Of a DNA stretch of 64,000 nucleotides, positions 1 through 13,300 are shown piece by piece. How positions within the stretch are numbered: the stretch's first letter is position 1; each line of letters begins with the position of its first letter. The DNA comes from Bugula neritina (lineage: Eukaryota > Animalia > Bryozoa). The notes under the pieces were generated by a model that did not search any database, was not told where the DNA came from, and saw only the letters and a list, made by a program, of their open reading frames with translations. The DNA is taken from the NCBI GenBank assembly GCA_964035545.1, contig OZ037767.1:32194628-32258627 (forward strand), read 5' to 3'. The translations under genes and the position numbers were made by a program.

Positions 1-1168
1 CGTGCTGATTGTTGGCCAGTTCAGTGTTAGCGTGGCAAGTTACAGTCACCTGGATACTGCCGCACTCATCAGATAGAAGGGTTTATACGACAGGAGTAGA
101 TGAGTGACGGCCACCGGGTTATTCTACTGCTTGCATACAGGAAGTAAACGAGTTTACTAAAACAACTGACAGACTTGCTTTGAGCCATGAGTGCACATCC
201 CAGAAGTGTGACACAGATCGGGCGTTACCAAAACGCCCGCAAGAAAAGCAGAGATGAAGTGTTTCACCGACTAAGCAGATGGTACCCCTCTGTCTCGGAC
301 ACCCCTGAGGAGGCCATCCTTCTGATGGTGAATGGAGGCAGCAGTCTCTCTGGAGCCGGCAGCACTCTGCCACCAAAGTCCCGAGTTGATCAGTACGTGC
401 TGAGGACAGAGTCCAGAGTACAGTCAGTCTTAGAGACTCCGGACGTTATTTCAGAGTCACTCACTAAACCAGAAGGAGGAAAAATATCTAAGCTATTGCA
501 GTTTAGTATGAAAGAGTGAGCTACTTAAATTTATATACTAACAGCAAGTCTATAAGCTGAGTATAATAGGCAACACTGAGTTGTAAAATGTAGTTCACAT
601 CAAATAACTTTATGGGTATGTTTACGTGCTATGCACTTGACTCTGTGAAGAAAGCCATAACTTGTAAACACAGTCAGTATTCTCACGTATTATATGTTAG
701 GTTAGGCGGGACAATTTAGCTGTTGGTGTTGAAATTTGACTTTGATCACTACAGTTATTAACTAGGGTAACTGCATCTTGAAGCAATAAACTTTTGAACT
801 GATTGTTATATTGGTGGAATAAGTAGAATTTACTATAAAAAATTATATGAAACAATAATTATCTTGTTTGAGCTATAAATAATGTGTGATTTGGCTTACC
901 CATCCTGAACGTATCTGTATATAACACTGACAGTTTGGCAATTACTACATGCTTATTTTGTTGTAATTAAATTAGCAAACAAGCTATCAACCACTAACTA
1001 TTTTTAGTCATGTCTATTTCCACGTTTAAAGGGGGTAAAAGAACATTAAATAAAATAGTCCAGCGCCATAGTTTTCACAAAACTTCAAAATTATTGTTGG
1101 CTTCGACGAACTTAGGTGAAGTATTTTTGCTCAATTAAGAGTTGTGCACACTTGATTGTACTACAAAA

Positions 1169-1211
1169 TGCGCATGCGTAAAATCAGTTGTATAAAATAT
1201 TACTGGGCAAC
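1169..1211 (+). promoter_or_regulatory. Putative ADGB promoter elements: NRF1-like TGCGCATGCG (1169-1178) and RFX X-box-like ATTACTGGGCAAC (1199-1211)
   Basis: Motifs lie 110-155 nt upstream of the ATG at 1324; motif resemblance only. Confidence 0.4.
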
Positions 1212-1323
1212 GGATGAAATGGACACGAGATTCATCGTGCTATGCTAGTAATCTTTTTGAACAACTTAAATTTGTGTTCACAAAATTTTTCTTTATAATT
1301 GATAACACTTGATGGTTTTGAAT

Positions 1324-4300
1324 ATGCCTGCCAAAACTCCCAAAAGAGTAGAATCTAGAATGAATTCTGCAGCTCGAGGGCATGAGTAAGCATTAATTCA
1401 TAATTGACAACCAGTCACTGTCAGAACTTAAGTGAACGTAAACCGTAAACGGCGTAAACGTAGAGGTAGCATTCGATTCTAACTTCCAAGACCATAGTTA
1501 TACTTACAGTAATTGTTATTGTGGTTGTGTGAATGAGTATCGGAATGATTGGGCTGCTTATTTTTTCTGTGATGAAATTTAACTTCAAGTGCGAGTCACT
1601 TTTAGTTTTAGTGTGAGGAATTTTAATTTAAAAATGACACTCATTCCGAGCTGGCCGACAACTAACAATCACCGTGCCATTGTGATAGCTAAACTTACGG
1701 TAATAATTGTTATAAGTTATTTTCTAATTCAGTAATTTTAGTTCTCAGGGCTAAAATTTGCTGCAATATAAAAATTTAGTTTTTGCTCAAGATCTAGATT
1801 AGGTTGTTACTCTTATCTATGATTATGATAAGGTTATTGTCATTATGATTATGTAGTTGAATAGATAGCTGATCAGCTCGAAGATAACCCTAATTTAGCT
1901 AGAATAGACTTTAGAATAAGAATAATTAGTACGTCAATGTATGATCGTGTGTTTTTAACTCCTAAGAGCTCTACAAATCTCATTACTGCCTACTCACCTC
2001 TCTCTATTTCAAGTAATTCCTTCTTTCAGTCTAACAGATTTAATGTTTCTTGGTGTGTCCACATCAGCTTAACTCGAAATGAAATATAAATACTTCACCT
2101 CTCTTTTGATATATTTCTAAATATATTGAAACAAAAGCCTTACAACTTATATTTGAGCCTTTATTATACCAATGTTATAATCTAGTTTATGTATCTCTAT
2201 ATCTATAGAAAAATGTTGTATTCAGCTAGTTTTTAATTCAAAAACACTGAATATGATATGGGCATTGATAATAGTTACTGAGTGTTAATCACAGTAACCA
2301 TGTAACACTAGCACCTTGTTGTGATTAGTGTGACTCCATTGTGATTAGGGTAACGAAGTAGACAGTAGACTGCTATTTTTTGTAAGTAAAACATGGCAAG
2401 CAGGCGTTCTTCTAAAGTGCTCTCTGCCAAGCGAACAGCTAGCAATACAAACTCACAGAGCTTGGCGCAAGTGGATGAGTAAGACTTGAAGTTACTTCTT
2501 TTCGATACAAATTGATTGTTTAGATACATTATCTTTTTTTATATTATGTAAGTTGTATGTGGAGAGTTGAGATTGGGTGACCATTCTCATATCAGCAGTT
2601 ATCTTTCCTATTGTGTCATGTGCTGGCGCTAAGTAATAAATTCTCTACTAGGCTGAGTATCTCAGGACACCTTCAAGTCGACAAGAGTCACTGTTTGAGT
2701 AGTTCTTGTAATGTACTTGAGTAGTTCTTGTAATGTACATAACTGTGTTTGTTTCAGAGCGGCCTCTTTGGCAAATCAACCCAAGAAGATTCAAGTTTGG
2801 CCCGAGTGGAGTGACAACGATGTGAATGCTGAGAAATGGGTATGACTTTAAAATATATAACCCTAGTATCTCATACTAGTAACTCATAATCTAGTACTAG
2901 TAACTCATACTCTAGTACTAGTCACTCATACTCTAGTACTAGTAACTCATACTGTAGTACTAGTCACTCATACTCTAGTACTAGTCACTCATACTTTAGT
3001 ACTAGTCACTCATACTCTAGTACTAGTAACTCATACTCTAGTACTAGTCACTCATACTGTAGTACTAGTCACTGATACTCTAGTAGTAACTCATACTCTA
3101 GTAGTAACTCATAACCACATTGTGATGATATGTTCCTCTGTCTCTAGGGCCCTTCTGGCATTTCCGTTTCCAAGGTAATTAAATAATATTCTGCAGGTTT
3201 GCTTTTCAATTCATTCTTCAGTTTGGCCCAACAAGTCTTGTGCATGGCTTGGGCTACATATATCTAAGTTGGGCTACATATATCTATGTTGGTCACGGCT
3301 GGCATATGATTTCAAGACTTTATCATCTGTGTGGTGTGGAACATCATGTATTTACTTGCGTATTCACTTCTCCACATTTGATCTGCTTCGTTTCATCCCT
3401 GAGTTGCTTTCATCTTTTGACAAAGTGATTTTCTGGTTTTTATGGCTGGCTGATGCTTCATATGGTTTATACAAATAAGTTGCTATTAGATACGACAAAA
3501 TAACAAATTATGCTAATCTGCTGTAATTAGTGTAATGTAAATATAATATATTTACTATTGATGTAATATAGTAATATAGGTATAATATATAATGTAATAT
3601 AGTAATATGAATTATAATATTATATAATGTATATGCAGTAATATAATTATGTAATGGTAACTACTGTGTTATGTTTTCCTACAGTTCAACTTAATTGCTA
3701 GATTGGCCGAGGTGAGAACATTTGGAAGTGAAGTTTTGATTTTAGTTTCTTATTTTCTAGTCAGCACTTCATTCATTTAATTCAGTAGCTGATGCAACTA
3801 CTACTACTAGTACTACTGCTACTGCTAGTACTACTACTAGTACTACTGCTACTGCCAGTACTACTAGTACTACTACTAGTACTACTACTAGTACTACTAC
3901 TAGTACTACTACTACTACACTAAATATCACGCTATTTTTGTCATTTCTTTTAAGCACTCCATGTTTTTATGTTTCGTCAACCTATAGTAATATTTTAATA
4001 TTGGACGTTGCTTTAGGATACGGCCCACAAAGGCAAAGATAAAGTCGAGAAAGGGAAATCTCCAGTAGTAAGTGTTACTACTTTCGTCTTATGCTCTCAC
4101 TACCTATTTGTATTCACATACCTGTATGTACACAGGTATGTACACAGGTATGTACACAGGTATGTACACAAGTATGTACACAGGTATGTACACAGGTATG
4201 TACACAAGTATGTACACAAGTATGTACACAGGTATGTACACAGGTATGTACACAGGTATGTACACAGGTATGTACACAAGTATGTACTTGCATATTACCT

Positions 4301-7300
4301 GCTGTTGAAGTTAATTCTGTCTTATTTGTTTCAGAGTTCGGGGATATTCTAGGAAAGTATGAGCTGAATAATACAGTGTTTTAATACAGCATGTTATAAC
4401 CCAGTATTATAATACAGTATAATGTGCTATAATATACAGTATAATGTGCTATAATATACAACGCTTTGCCTGCCACTCGTTGCAAGCTTTTCATGTGTAG
4501 TTTACACTGTAGTCCAAAAATGTAGTCACGTAGGCTGTTCCCATGCTGTAGCAGGTAATGCAACTACTGCTGCAAAATATCCACTGCACTATCACTCTGT
4601 TCCTGGTCTAATAACACCACAGGATGTAGTAAACTCTACCCTAGCACTCAATAGTACCCTTCACACTGTACTCAATAGTACCCTTTACACTGTACTGAAT
4701 AGTACCCTTCACACTGTACTCAATAGTACCCTTTACACTGTACTCAATAGTACTCTTTACACTGTACTCAATAGTACCCTTTACACTGCACCCAATAGTA
4801 CCCTTTACACTGTACTGAATAGTACCCTTTACACTGTACTGAATAGTACCCTTTACACTGTACTGAATAGTACCCTTTACACTGTACTCAATAGTACCCT
4901 TTACACTGTACTCAATAGTACCCTCTACACTGTACTGAATAGTACCCTTTACACTGTACTGAATAGTACCCTTTACACTGTACTGAATAGTACCCTTTAC
5001 ACTGTACTGAATATAGTAAAAACTGCATGTATAGTGTTCTAGTAATTATCCCCTCTTACCCAGGTAATTTCTGTTAAGTTTATTAGTTTTACCAAATGTC
5101 CTTAGGTCCAGCATTTCTTTGATGACCCTGAGGGGAAGGTAGACCTCCCGCCCTCACTGAGAGTCACGCACTGGAGGAGACCTCATGAGTATATCGTAGA
5201 TAAGGTAACTCCAACACACTGCTGTATGCTGCCAAATTCACAGCTAAATATCATATTCTTCTAACTATGTGTTAGACTCTGGCTTCAGAGGTGTAAATGT
5301 GCTGAAGAGATTTAAACTGAAGTTTCTCTACAAGTTATTTGTGTTTTAGACACCTCAAGTCGTTGACCTTGAAGAAGGTCAAACGCAATTTGATTTGCTG
5401 TCTTCCAATGAAGCGTGTTCGGAGAGCGAGGTAAGCAGGAGTTGGCTCCTCCGTATTCGATGAGCAGTTGGAAGGGAATCATTTTTCTTAACTAGCCATG
5501 ATTACTGAATAAGCTGTTTTCTGCATCTGCCTTCTGCACTTGTGTTCTGCATGTGTTGCCAGCTGGTGCGGTTCATCCTGAGTGAGATACTGGCGCTATG
5601 GAAGATGCACGAGGCCAAAGTGCCGGTTGAATCAGGCACCGACGCTGCCAACGCTGGTCTCACAGAGGAGACGGTGCACAACTGGAGGCCTTGGGACCAC
5701 ATATATGCCATCAACAAGATAGGGAAGGGACCCGTACTCCCCTCGTATAACCCACATGGGAAGTATGTGGTGAGACTGTGGTGGATGGTAAGACACCTCT
5801 GGCATTTGACTCATTCAGTGTTGGCAGCACTCTGAATACCGTCACTTTTGCTGCTGATACATTGGTTGACATGTATTTAATTAATGTACTCTAATCACTT
5901 GTTTTAATGCATTTTAATGAGTCCTAGTAAATCTGTATAGTAATTAATGCACTTCTAAATTGTTTCCATGAACTTTAGGCAGCAAGGTGATGAATACAGT
6001 GAAAGTTTAGCGTCTGTCTGTTACAGGGCTGCTGGAGAAAGCTCATAGTGGATGACCTCATGCCCTTTACTGATGACCAGCTGCCCCTCCTACCCACAAC
6101 AGCTTTAGGAACTGAGCTATGGCCAATGTTGCTCACTAAGGCGCTCATCAAGGTTGCGTCATTAGAGTAAGTGACGAATCGTTACGGGGAGACAACTTGC
6201 CTTGTGATGGTTTCTTCTAGCAGTGAAACTAAGCATTTCCTCTCTAGTCTTATAACTTTGTTTTGGATGTTGGACTGTTCTAGACTGTTCTATAGGTATG
6301 TTACTTAGAGGTGTATTAGCTTTTAATGTATTCTATTTCCAGTTACAATGGAGGAAACAGTTGTTGTGAGTTTGGTGACTTCAGTGCCATTCACTGCCTG
6401 ACTGGGTGGCTACCAGAAACGATACCACTGCAGTAAGTGTAGAATATGTATTATGTAGAGTAAGTGTAGAATATGTAGAGTAAGTGTAGAATATGTAGAG
6501 TAAGTGTAGAATATGTAGAGTAAGTGTAGAATATGTAGAGTAAGTGTAGAATATGTAGAGTAAGTGTAGAATATGTAGAGTAAGTGTAGAGTATGTAGAG
6601 TAAGTGTAGAATATGTAGAGTAAGTGTAGAATATGTAGAGTAAGTGTAGAATATGTAGAGTAAGTGTAGAGTATGTAAAGTAAGTGTAGAATATGTAGAG
6701 TAAGTGTAGAATATGTAGAGTAAGTGTAGAATATGTAGAGTAATACAGAGTATGTAGAGTAAGTGTAGAGTATGTAGAGTAAGTGTAGAGTAAGTGTAGA
6801 GTATGTAGAGTAAGTGTAGAGTTTACTAATTTTGTATCAATTCAAAGTTTTCATGGATTTGATCCTGTAACCTCACAATGACCTCTCATTGACCTCACAT
6901 TGACCTCACAGGATATGACAATGACCTCTCAATGTATTTTCTACACTCCATTCTTCTATTTGCTTTCTCATTTCTTCTAGAGAGTTGTTTGCCCGCAGCT
7001 CTGGCTTTTGGAATTCCTCCCTCCGACCAATAAGAAATGCCAACCATGCTATATCCTGCTGGGAGTACAGCACCTGTCACACTATCCACATGACCAACAA
7101 CCATCTCTCTCTCACATTCCTCACTAACACTTCTGGCAACTTGCCACCTGGGTCACATGACCCACTTCCTGTCACATGTCAACCCGCTCGCTATCAGCCT
7201 CTCTGCTGCTCTCTCAGTGGAATCACACAGGAAACCCGAGAGGCAGTTACTCGACTACCCGAGTATCTGCTGGTCGGTGATCCTAGACATGGCGTCATCT

Positions 7301-10300
7301 GTAGATGTCCTTGTCACACTTCGGATATCAAAGAGTCCAGCGCTATTGTCTCTCATCGTAAACGTAGGCTTATCATCGAACAGCCTGTAGTTCCAAAACC
7401 TAGTTTAGATGTTGGTTTAAATGTGAACAGCTCTAACAACAACGTCGTAGGTGGCTCCTCTCGAATTATCAGTCATAGGAATTATGTTGTCAACACTAAC
7501 GCTGACACCATACTAGCACGGTACTTCCTGTCACTCTTCATGCCTCTCTTTTATTTACCATTTCCTGTTTTAAATTTTCACTTTTCTTCTCCTTGAATTT
7601 GGTTTTTGATTGTGAACTACATTTAAATAAGTAAGTATATGAACTGACTAACTAACTTATATGTATACACTGTACAGGTATGGCCATCTGGATGAGATCT
7701 GGGGTCTGCTTAGGTCAATAGTGCCACAATTCCAGCTGCCAGAGTTGCCAGTAGAGAGGCCTGCTGAACTCGAGCCCAAACCAGAGTCTGTTGTACCGGA
7801 ATCAGGGCTAGGAGATGAAACTTCTTCTGAGCAACCTAAAGTAAGTATTAGTGTTGTCTGGTTAGTTGTGTGATGACACACTCTGGCAGGTGTCTGGTTA
7901 GTTGGGTGATGACACACTCTGGCAGGTGTCTGATTAGTTGTGTGATGGCACACTCTGGCAGGTGTCTGGTTAGTTGTGTGATGACACACTCTGACAGGTG
8001 TCTGGTTAGTTGGGTGATGACACACTTTGACAGGTGTCTGGTTAATTGGGTGATGGCACACTCTGACAGGTGTCTGGTTGGTTGTGTGATGACACACTCT
8101 GACAGGTGTTGTATTTGTCTTTTGACAGGATGCGAAAAAGTCAGAAAAAGCTGAAGTCAAAACAGCCAAGGGTAAAGGTAAAGGAGCTGATGCTAAAGGA
8201 GATAAAGGCAAAAATGTCGACAAGGATAAACATGGTAAGTTTCAAATACTTTTGAAGTTGAACTGTACTGTTTATATTGCTAGTTCACATTGCCAGTTCA
8301 CATTGCTAGTTCACATTGCTAGTTCACATTGCTAGTTCACATTGCCAGTTCACATTGCCAGTTCACATTGCTAGTTCACATTGCCAGTTCACATTGCCAG
8401 TTCACATTGCTAGTTCACATATATATAATATTAATATTGTTTCAGCTGCGAAACCTGATGAGGTGACAACTCCAGAACATCCTGAGATGGCAGTTTTTGC
8501 TTCTTTTACAAACGCAGGGAAGTTTCCACCCAAAATATCGGCTTTAGGTGAAATGTCTGATGCATCTGAACGGTTGCGACAGGTGAGTGAAAGTACTTCT
8601 TTGTAGTGTTCCATTAGTGATATGTGACTGCAGGTGAGTGAAAGTACTTCTTTGTAGTGTTCCATTAGTGATATGTGACTGCAAGTGGGTGGGTATTTCT
8701 GCATTCAATGTGTCTTATTGAAAATCATTTTCAACTTTCAGAACAACATATCTCACCTCTACCCTCATCCAGTGTGGATCCGGCAGACCAGAGACGGGCC
8801 TCTGGAACGCCCCCCTCCTGAGGAAGTTATTCCTCCTTGGAAGCTTATTAGACCAAGAGTTCCCAAAGAGCCGCTCACTGATGAGCCAAGGGCGTTGCCT
8901 GAACCCCCCAAACCAATACAGTGCCTAGAGATTAGCTCTCCTTATATAAACTACAAAGTCAGCCCTATTCCTATTCCTACGGACACGTAAGTATTCTGGA
9001 AGCTTCCATGCCATAAAATCTTTAAACCTCCAGTAGAAATTTTATATCCTTCCTCATCTGCAGTGTTGTTAATTGTACCTGAAAATATAATACTTAGCTT
9101 TAGTTCTCATGATATGTTCATTGTATTACAGTGGGCTGTCACCACCTTCTCCACCCATTCCAGAGTCAGTATAGAAACTTTGTCTTGCAACATTTACTTT
9201 GAGTGTTGCATATATTTCTTTAGTGTAGCTAATGCTATCTGTATGTTATTAGAGTAACAGATAGTCACTTTGAATATGAACTAGAAAAGCTGCATATTGC
9301 AGTCGCTGTACGCTTTATGCTACTCAGGCTGTCATTACTTTGATTCTTCCAAACCAATAATGCTTCGTGTCAGCAACGCCTTCTCTATTTCTTCTAGAAA
9401 ATTTCAAATATTTATAAAAACTTCATTTCTAATGGGGCGAAGTTGCAAAAAGTAGTGAGTCAATTAATAATTGAATCAGTGAGTTAGTGAATCAGTGAGT
9501 TAGTAAATCAGTGAGTTAGTGAATCAGTGAGTTAGTGAATCAGTGAGTTAGTGAGTCAGTGAGTTAGTGAATCAGTGAGTTAGCGAGTCAGTGAATCAGT
9601 GAGTTAGTAAATCAGTGAGTCAGTAAATCAGTGAGTCAGTGAATCAGTGAGTTAGTGAATCAGTGAGTTAGTGAGTCAGTGAGTTAGTGAGTCAGTGAGT
9701 TAGTGAATCAGTGAGTTAGTGAATCAGTGAGTTAGTGAGTCAGTGAGTTAGTGAGTCAGTGAGTTAGTGAATCAGTGAGTTAGTGAATCAGTGAGTCAGT
9801 GAGTTAGTGAATCAGTGAGTTAGTAAATCAGTGAGTTAGTGAGTCAGTGAGTTAGTGAATCAGTGAGTTAGTGAATCAGTGAGTTAGTAAATCAGTGAGT
9901 TAGTGAATCAGTGAGTTTGTGAATCAGTGAGTGAGTGAGTCAGTGAGTTAGTGAATCAGTGAGTTAGTGAATCAGTGAGTTAGTAAATCAGTGAGTTATT
10001 GAATCAGTGAGTTAGTGAATCAGTGAGTTAGTGAATCAGTGAGTTAGTGAATCAGTGAGTTAGTGAATCAGTGAGTTAGCGAGTCAGTGATGAATTAGTA
10101 GTTGCCATGCACTCTCAACTCCACTTCAGCTGTCTGTAGTATAGGTGTAGTATAGGTTTAGAGATTATCTGAATTTAGCTGAGTGTTTACATTGGTTGCT
10201 ATAGCTACGACTATTCTAGGACCAGACCACATTCAGTGTTAGAGAGGGGTGGCACAAGACCCGGCACGTCTGCTGTAGAATCGATCATGGAGGCAGATGA

Positions 10301-13300
10301 AAACGCGCTGATGTCTCCCGTAGGCACCCCTCGTCACCCGAAACTCTCTGCAGATCAGGGTGAACTGAGAACAGAAGTAAGTTGTAGCTCAACTCTATAC
10401 GCTGTTTGATCATTCTATATCCTAGACATACAATAATCTATGTACTTAATCTGCACACACAGGGTTTACTCGCCACTCCATCTCTCACTCCGCTAGTTAA
10501 ACACAAACGGGTATGTACGAATACATTGCATGTTGTCTCTTGTCTTGTCTGTAGCTTTACACAAGTCCGTCGCATTTCCTTCTTCAAGCACACAAGTGCT
10601 CCCTCAATGGTTTTCTTTTCAATATTTTGACGCCTTCCTAGCATTTACATGTGTGGGTTTGAATTTTATTAGAATATTGAATAATATTAAAACTTGCTTT
10701 CTTATGACTGATGCAAATCTTGTCTATGCTTGAGAGACGTAAGTGTTACTATGTATACTCTGTACTCCAGTGTTACTATGTATACTCTGTACTCCGGTGT
10801 CACTATGTATACTCTGTACTCCGGTGTTACTATGTATACTCTGTACTCCGGTGTTACTATGTATACTCTGTACTCCAGTGTTACTATGTATACTCTGTAC
10901 TCCGGTGTTACTATGTATACTCTGTACTCCGGTGTTACTATGTATACTCTGTACTCCGGTGTTACTATGTATACTCTGTACTCCGGTGTTACTATGTATA
11001 CTCTGTACTCCGGTGTTACTATGTATACTCTGTACTCCAGTGTTACTATGTATACTCTGTACTCCAGTGTTACTATGTATACTCTGTACTCCGGTGTTAC
11101 TATGTATACTCTGTACTCCAGTGTTACTATGTATACTCTGTACTCCAGTGTTACTATGTATACTCTGTACTCCGGTGTTACTATGTATACTCTGTACTCC
11201 AGTGTTACTATGTATACTCTGTACTCCAGTGTTACTATGTATACTCTGTACTCCGGTGTTACTATGTATACTCTGTACTCCGGTGTTACTATGTATACTC
11301 TGTACTCCGGTGTTACTATGTATACTCTGTACTCCGGTGTTACTATGTATACTCTGTACTCCGGTGTTACTATGTATACTCTGTACTCCAGTGTTTCATG
11401 CTCAAACTTAAGCTTCAAACAAAAATAAAACAAAGATGAAAGTGTCATTCAGAGTGTATTAATTAGAAATCTCCAGCACTTAGTATTTCTCTGTACAGGA
11501 GCTTCTACTAAAACCATGTCCATTCTTTTAGCTAAGTACATGTTCTTCTCACCAACCAAGGCCAGCCAGTTTTGTGGGCGTCGTAGCGTCACCCTCGCGC
11601 CGACCCTCCAGTCTTAGCTCTGGTCGTAAGCCTTCAATGTCCAGCTTGAAATCACCAACTCGTGATCAAAGGCTTTCTGTAGTTTCAACATTTGAGGTAT
11701 AACCTTGCCCTCTGACCTTTGACCTCCACACTGCTTGACAGTATTCTTATGATTTGCTCCCCTTCTGCGTTGGTAGTCCCAGATGTAGTTCACCAGTCCA
11801 TATTCACTCCCCTTACACTCCATCACACCGAATGTATTTTTGTGGCAGAATTTGCCTTGCTCATTAGTCATTACTAATTTTCTGTTTGACCTTTCCACTA
11901 GCTGAAGTTCCAACCTTTTCCAGCCTGTTGAAGGATTAATGTCTATTAATCATTCCTTTACTTCTTTGAAATATCTTATTAGTCAATTTTTCTAAACTTT
12001 GGTTTATTGTCTAGACTCTAGAGTATAATTAGCTTATGGGATGTTAGTTTCCTTCCTTAGTACAGCCTCATGTTATCATGTGACTTCATCATGTGATCTT
12101 CTCATCATGTAATCTTCTCATGTGACTTCATCATGTGACCTTCTCATCATGTGACCTTCTCATCATGTGACCTTCTCATCACGTGACTTCATCATCTGAC
12201 CTTATCATGTGACCTTCTCATCATGTGACCTTCTTATCATGTGACTTCATCACGTGACCTTCTTATCATGTGACTTCATCATGTAACCTTCTTATCATGT
12301 GACTTTATCATGTGACCTTCTTATCATGTGACTTCATCATGTTACCTTCTTATCATGTGACTTCATCATGTGACCTTCTTATCATGTGACTTCATCATGT
12401 GACCTTCTTATCATGTGACTTCATCACGTGACCTTCTTATCATGTGACTTTATCATGTGACCTTCTTATCATGTGACTTTATCATGTGACCTTCTTATCA
12501 TGTGGGTCACATTCTAACACTGAGCTGTGTGACATGGAATTATAATGTTGTGTGTCACTTCAATCAGGTGGATAAGCCGAGCAGTGCCAGGTCCAACACT
12601 ACAGTCACTACCAGTAAGGGTGGCAAAACAAAGAAGGAGGTGACTGGCTCAGCTGACAAGTCTGGCAGGAAAGATGAGGTAGGCTGAGTGAGTGGTGAGT
12701 CAGTGTCTAGTTAGTGTTTATATCACAGGCCTAGTATGATGGCAGGAGTTTAAACCCTCACTATCAGGAGTCCTTACAGAGGTGTAGACTTCAAACACAC
12801 AAATTTTTATAAACAAAATTTATGAAGGGATAAAATTTGTTTTGTGTAATCATGTAACATGGGAAACTGCAATCACGACAATATTTGCTATGAAATATTA
12901 CAATAACCTTTCTCAATAGATGTTTGTCGGGGCTAATGTAACATAGCTGTGTGATCCTACAAAGAATTTAGGTGAAATTATGTTCTAATAAATCGTAATG
13001 TGTGGGGATCAAACTTTACAACTGAAGTGAAACCGATCTCACTCATTTTCATAGAACTCACCAGAAAGCTGTAACTTTTCCGAGGAAGAGGTAAACTCAA
13101 ATGGATCCAAATTTTATTACTATTAATTTTTATAAGTTGCTCACCAGCTGGCGTGTGTATGTACACACTGCAATATTAGTTTCAACCCCAGCATGTTCCA
13201 TACTACAACTTCTCTAGGTTGACCATTATATGCTTGCATTAGTTGAACACTAGAGTCGAGACCCATCAAGTCACTGTATATCCAATCAAGTCACTGTATA

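Noticed and set aside
119-519. ORFs at the window start
   Set aside because: No recognisable domain and no consistent splice model; may belong to a gene outside the window.
60-8890. Other CTGATGA matches (about 66 minus, 6070, 8878; also 28913 and 61321 minus) as hammerheads
   Set aside because: No stem II followed by GAAA and a cleavage triplet; two lie in ADGB coding exons.
10702-11448. Long repetitive ORFs here and at 13243, 16764, 17678, 22857, 24581, 26670, 50180, 54999, 60047 and 62517
   Set aside because: Translations of intronic minisatellites, open in several frames; flanking exons splice in frame without them.
11614-11913. 99-residue minus-strand ORF in an ADGB intron
   Set aside because: Non-ATG start, no motif, no convincing exon structure; possibly a decayed element.
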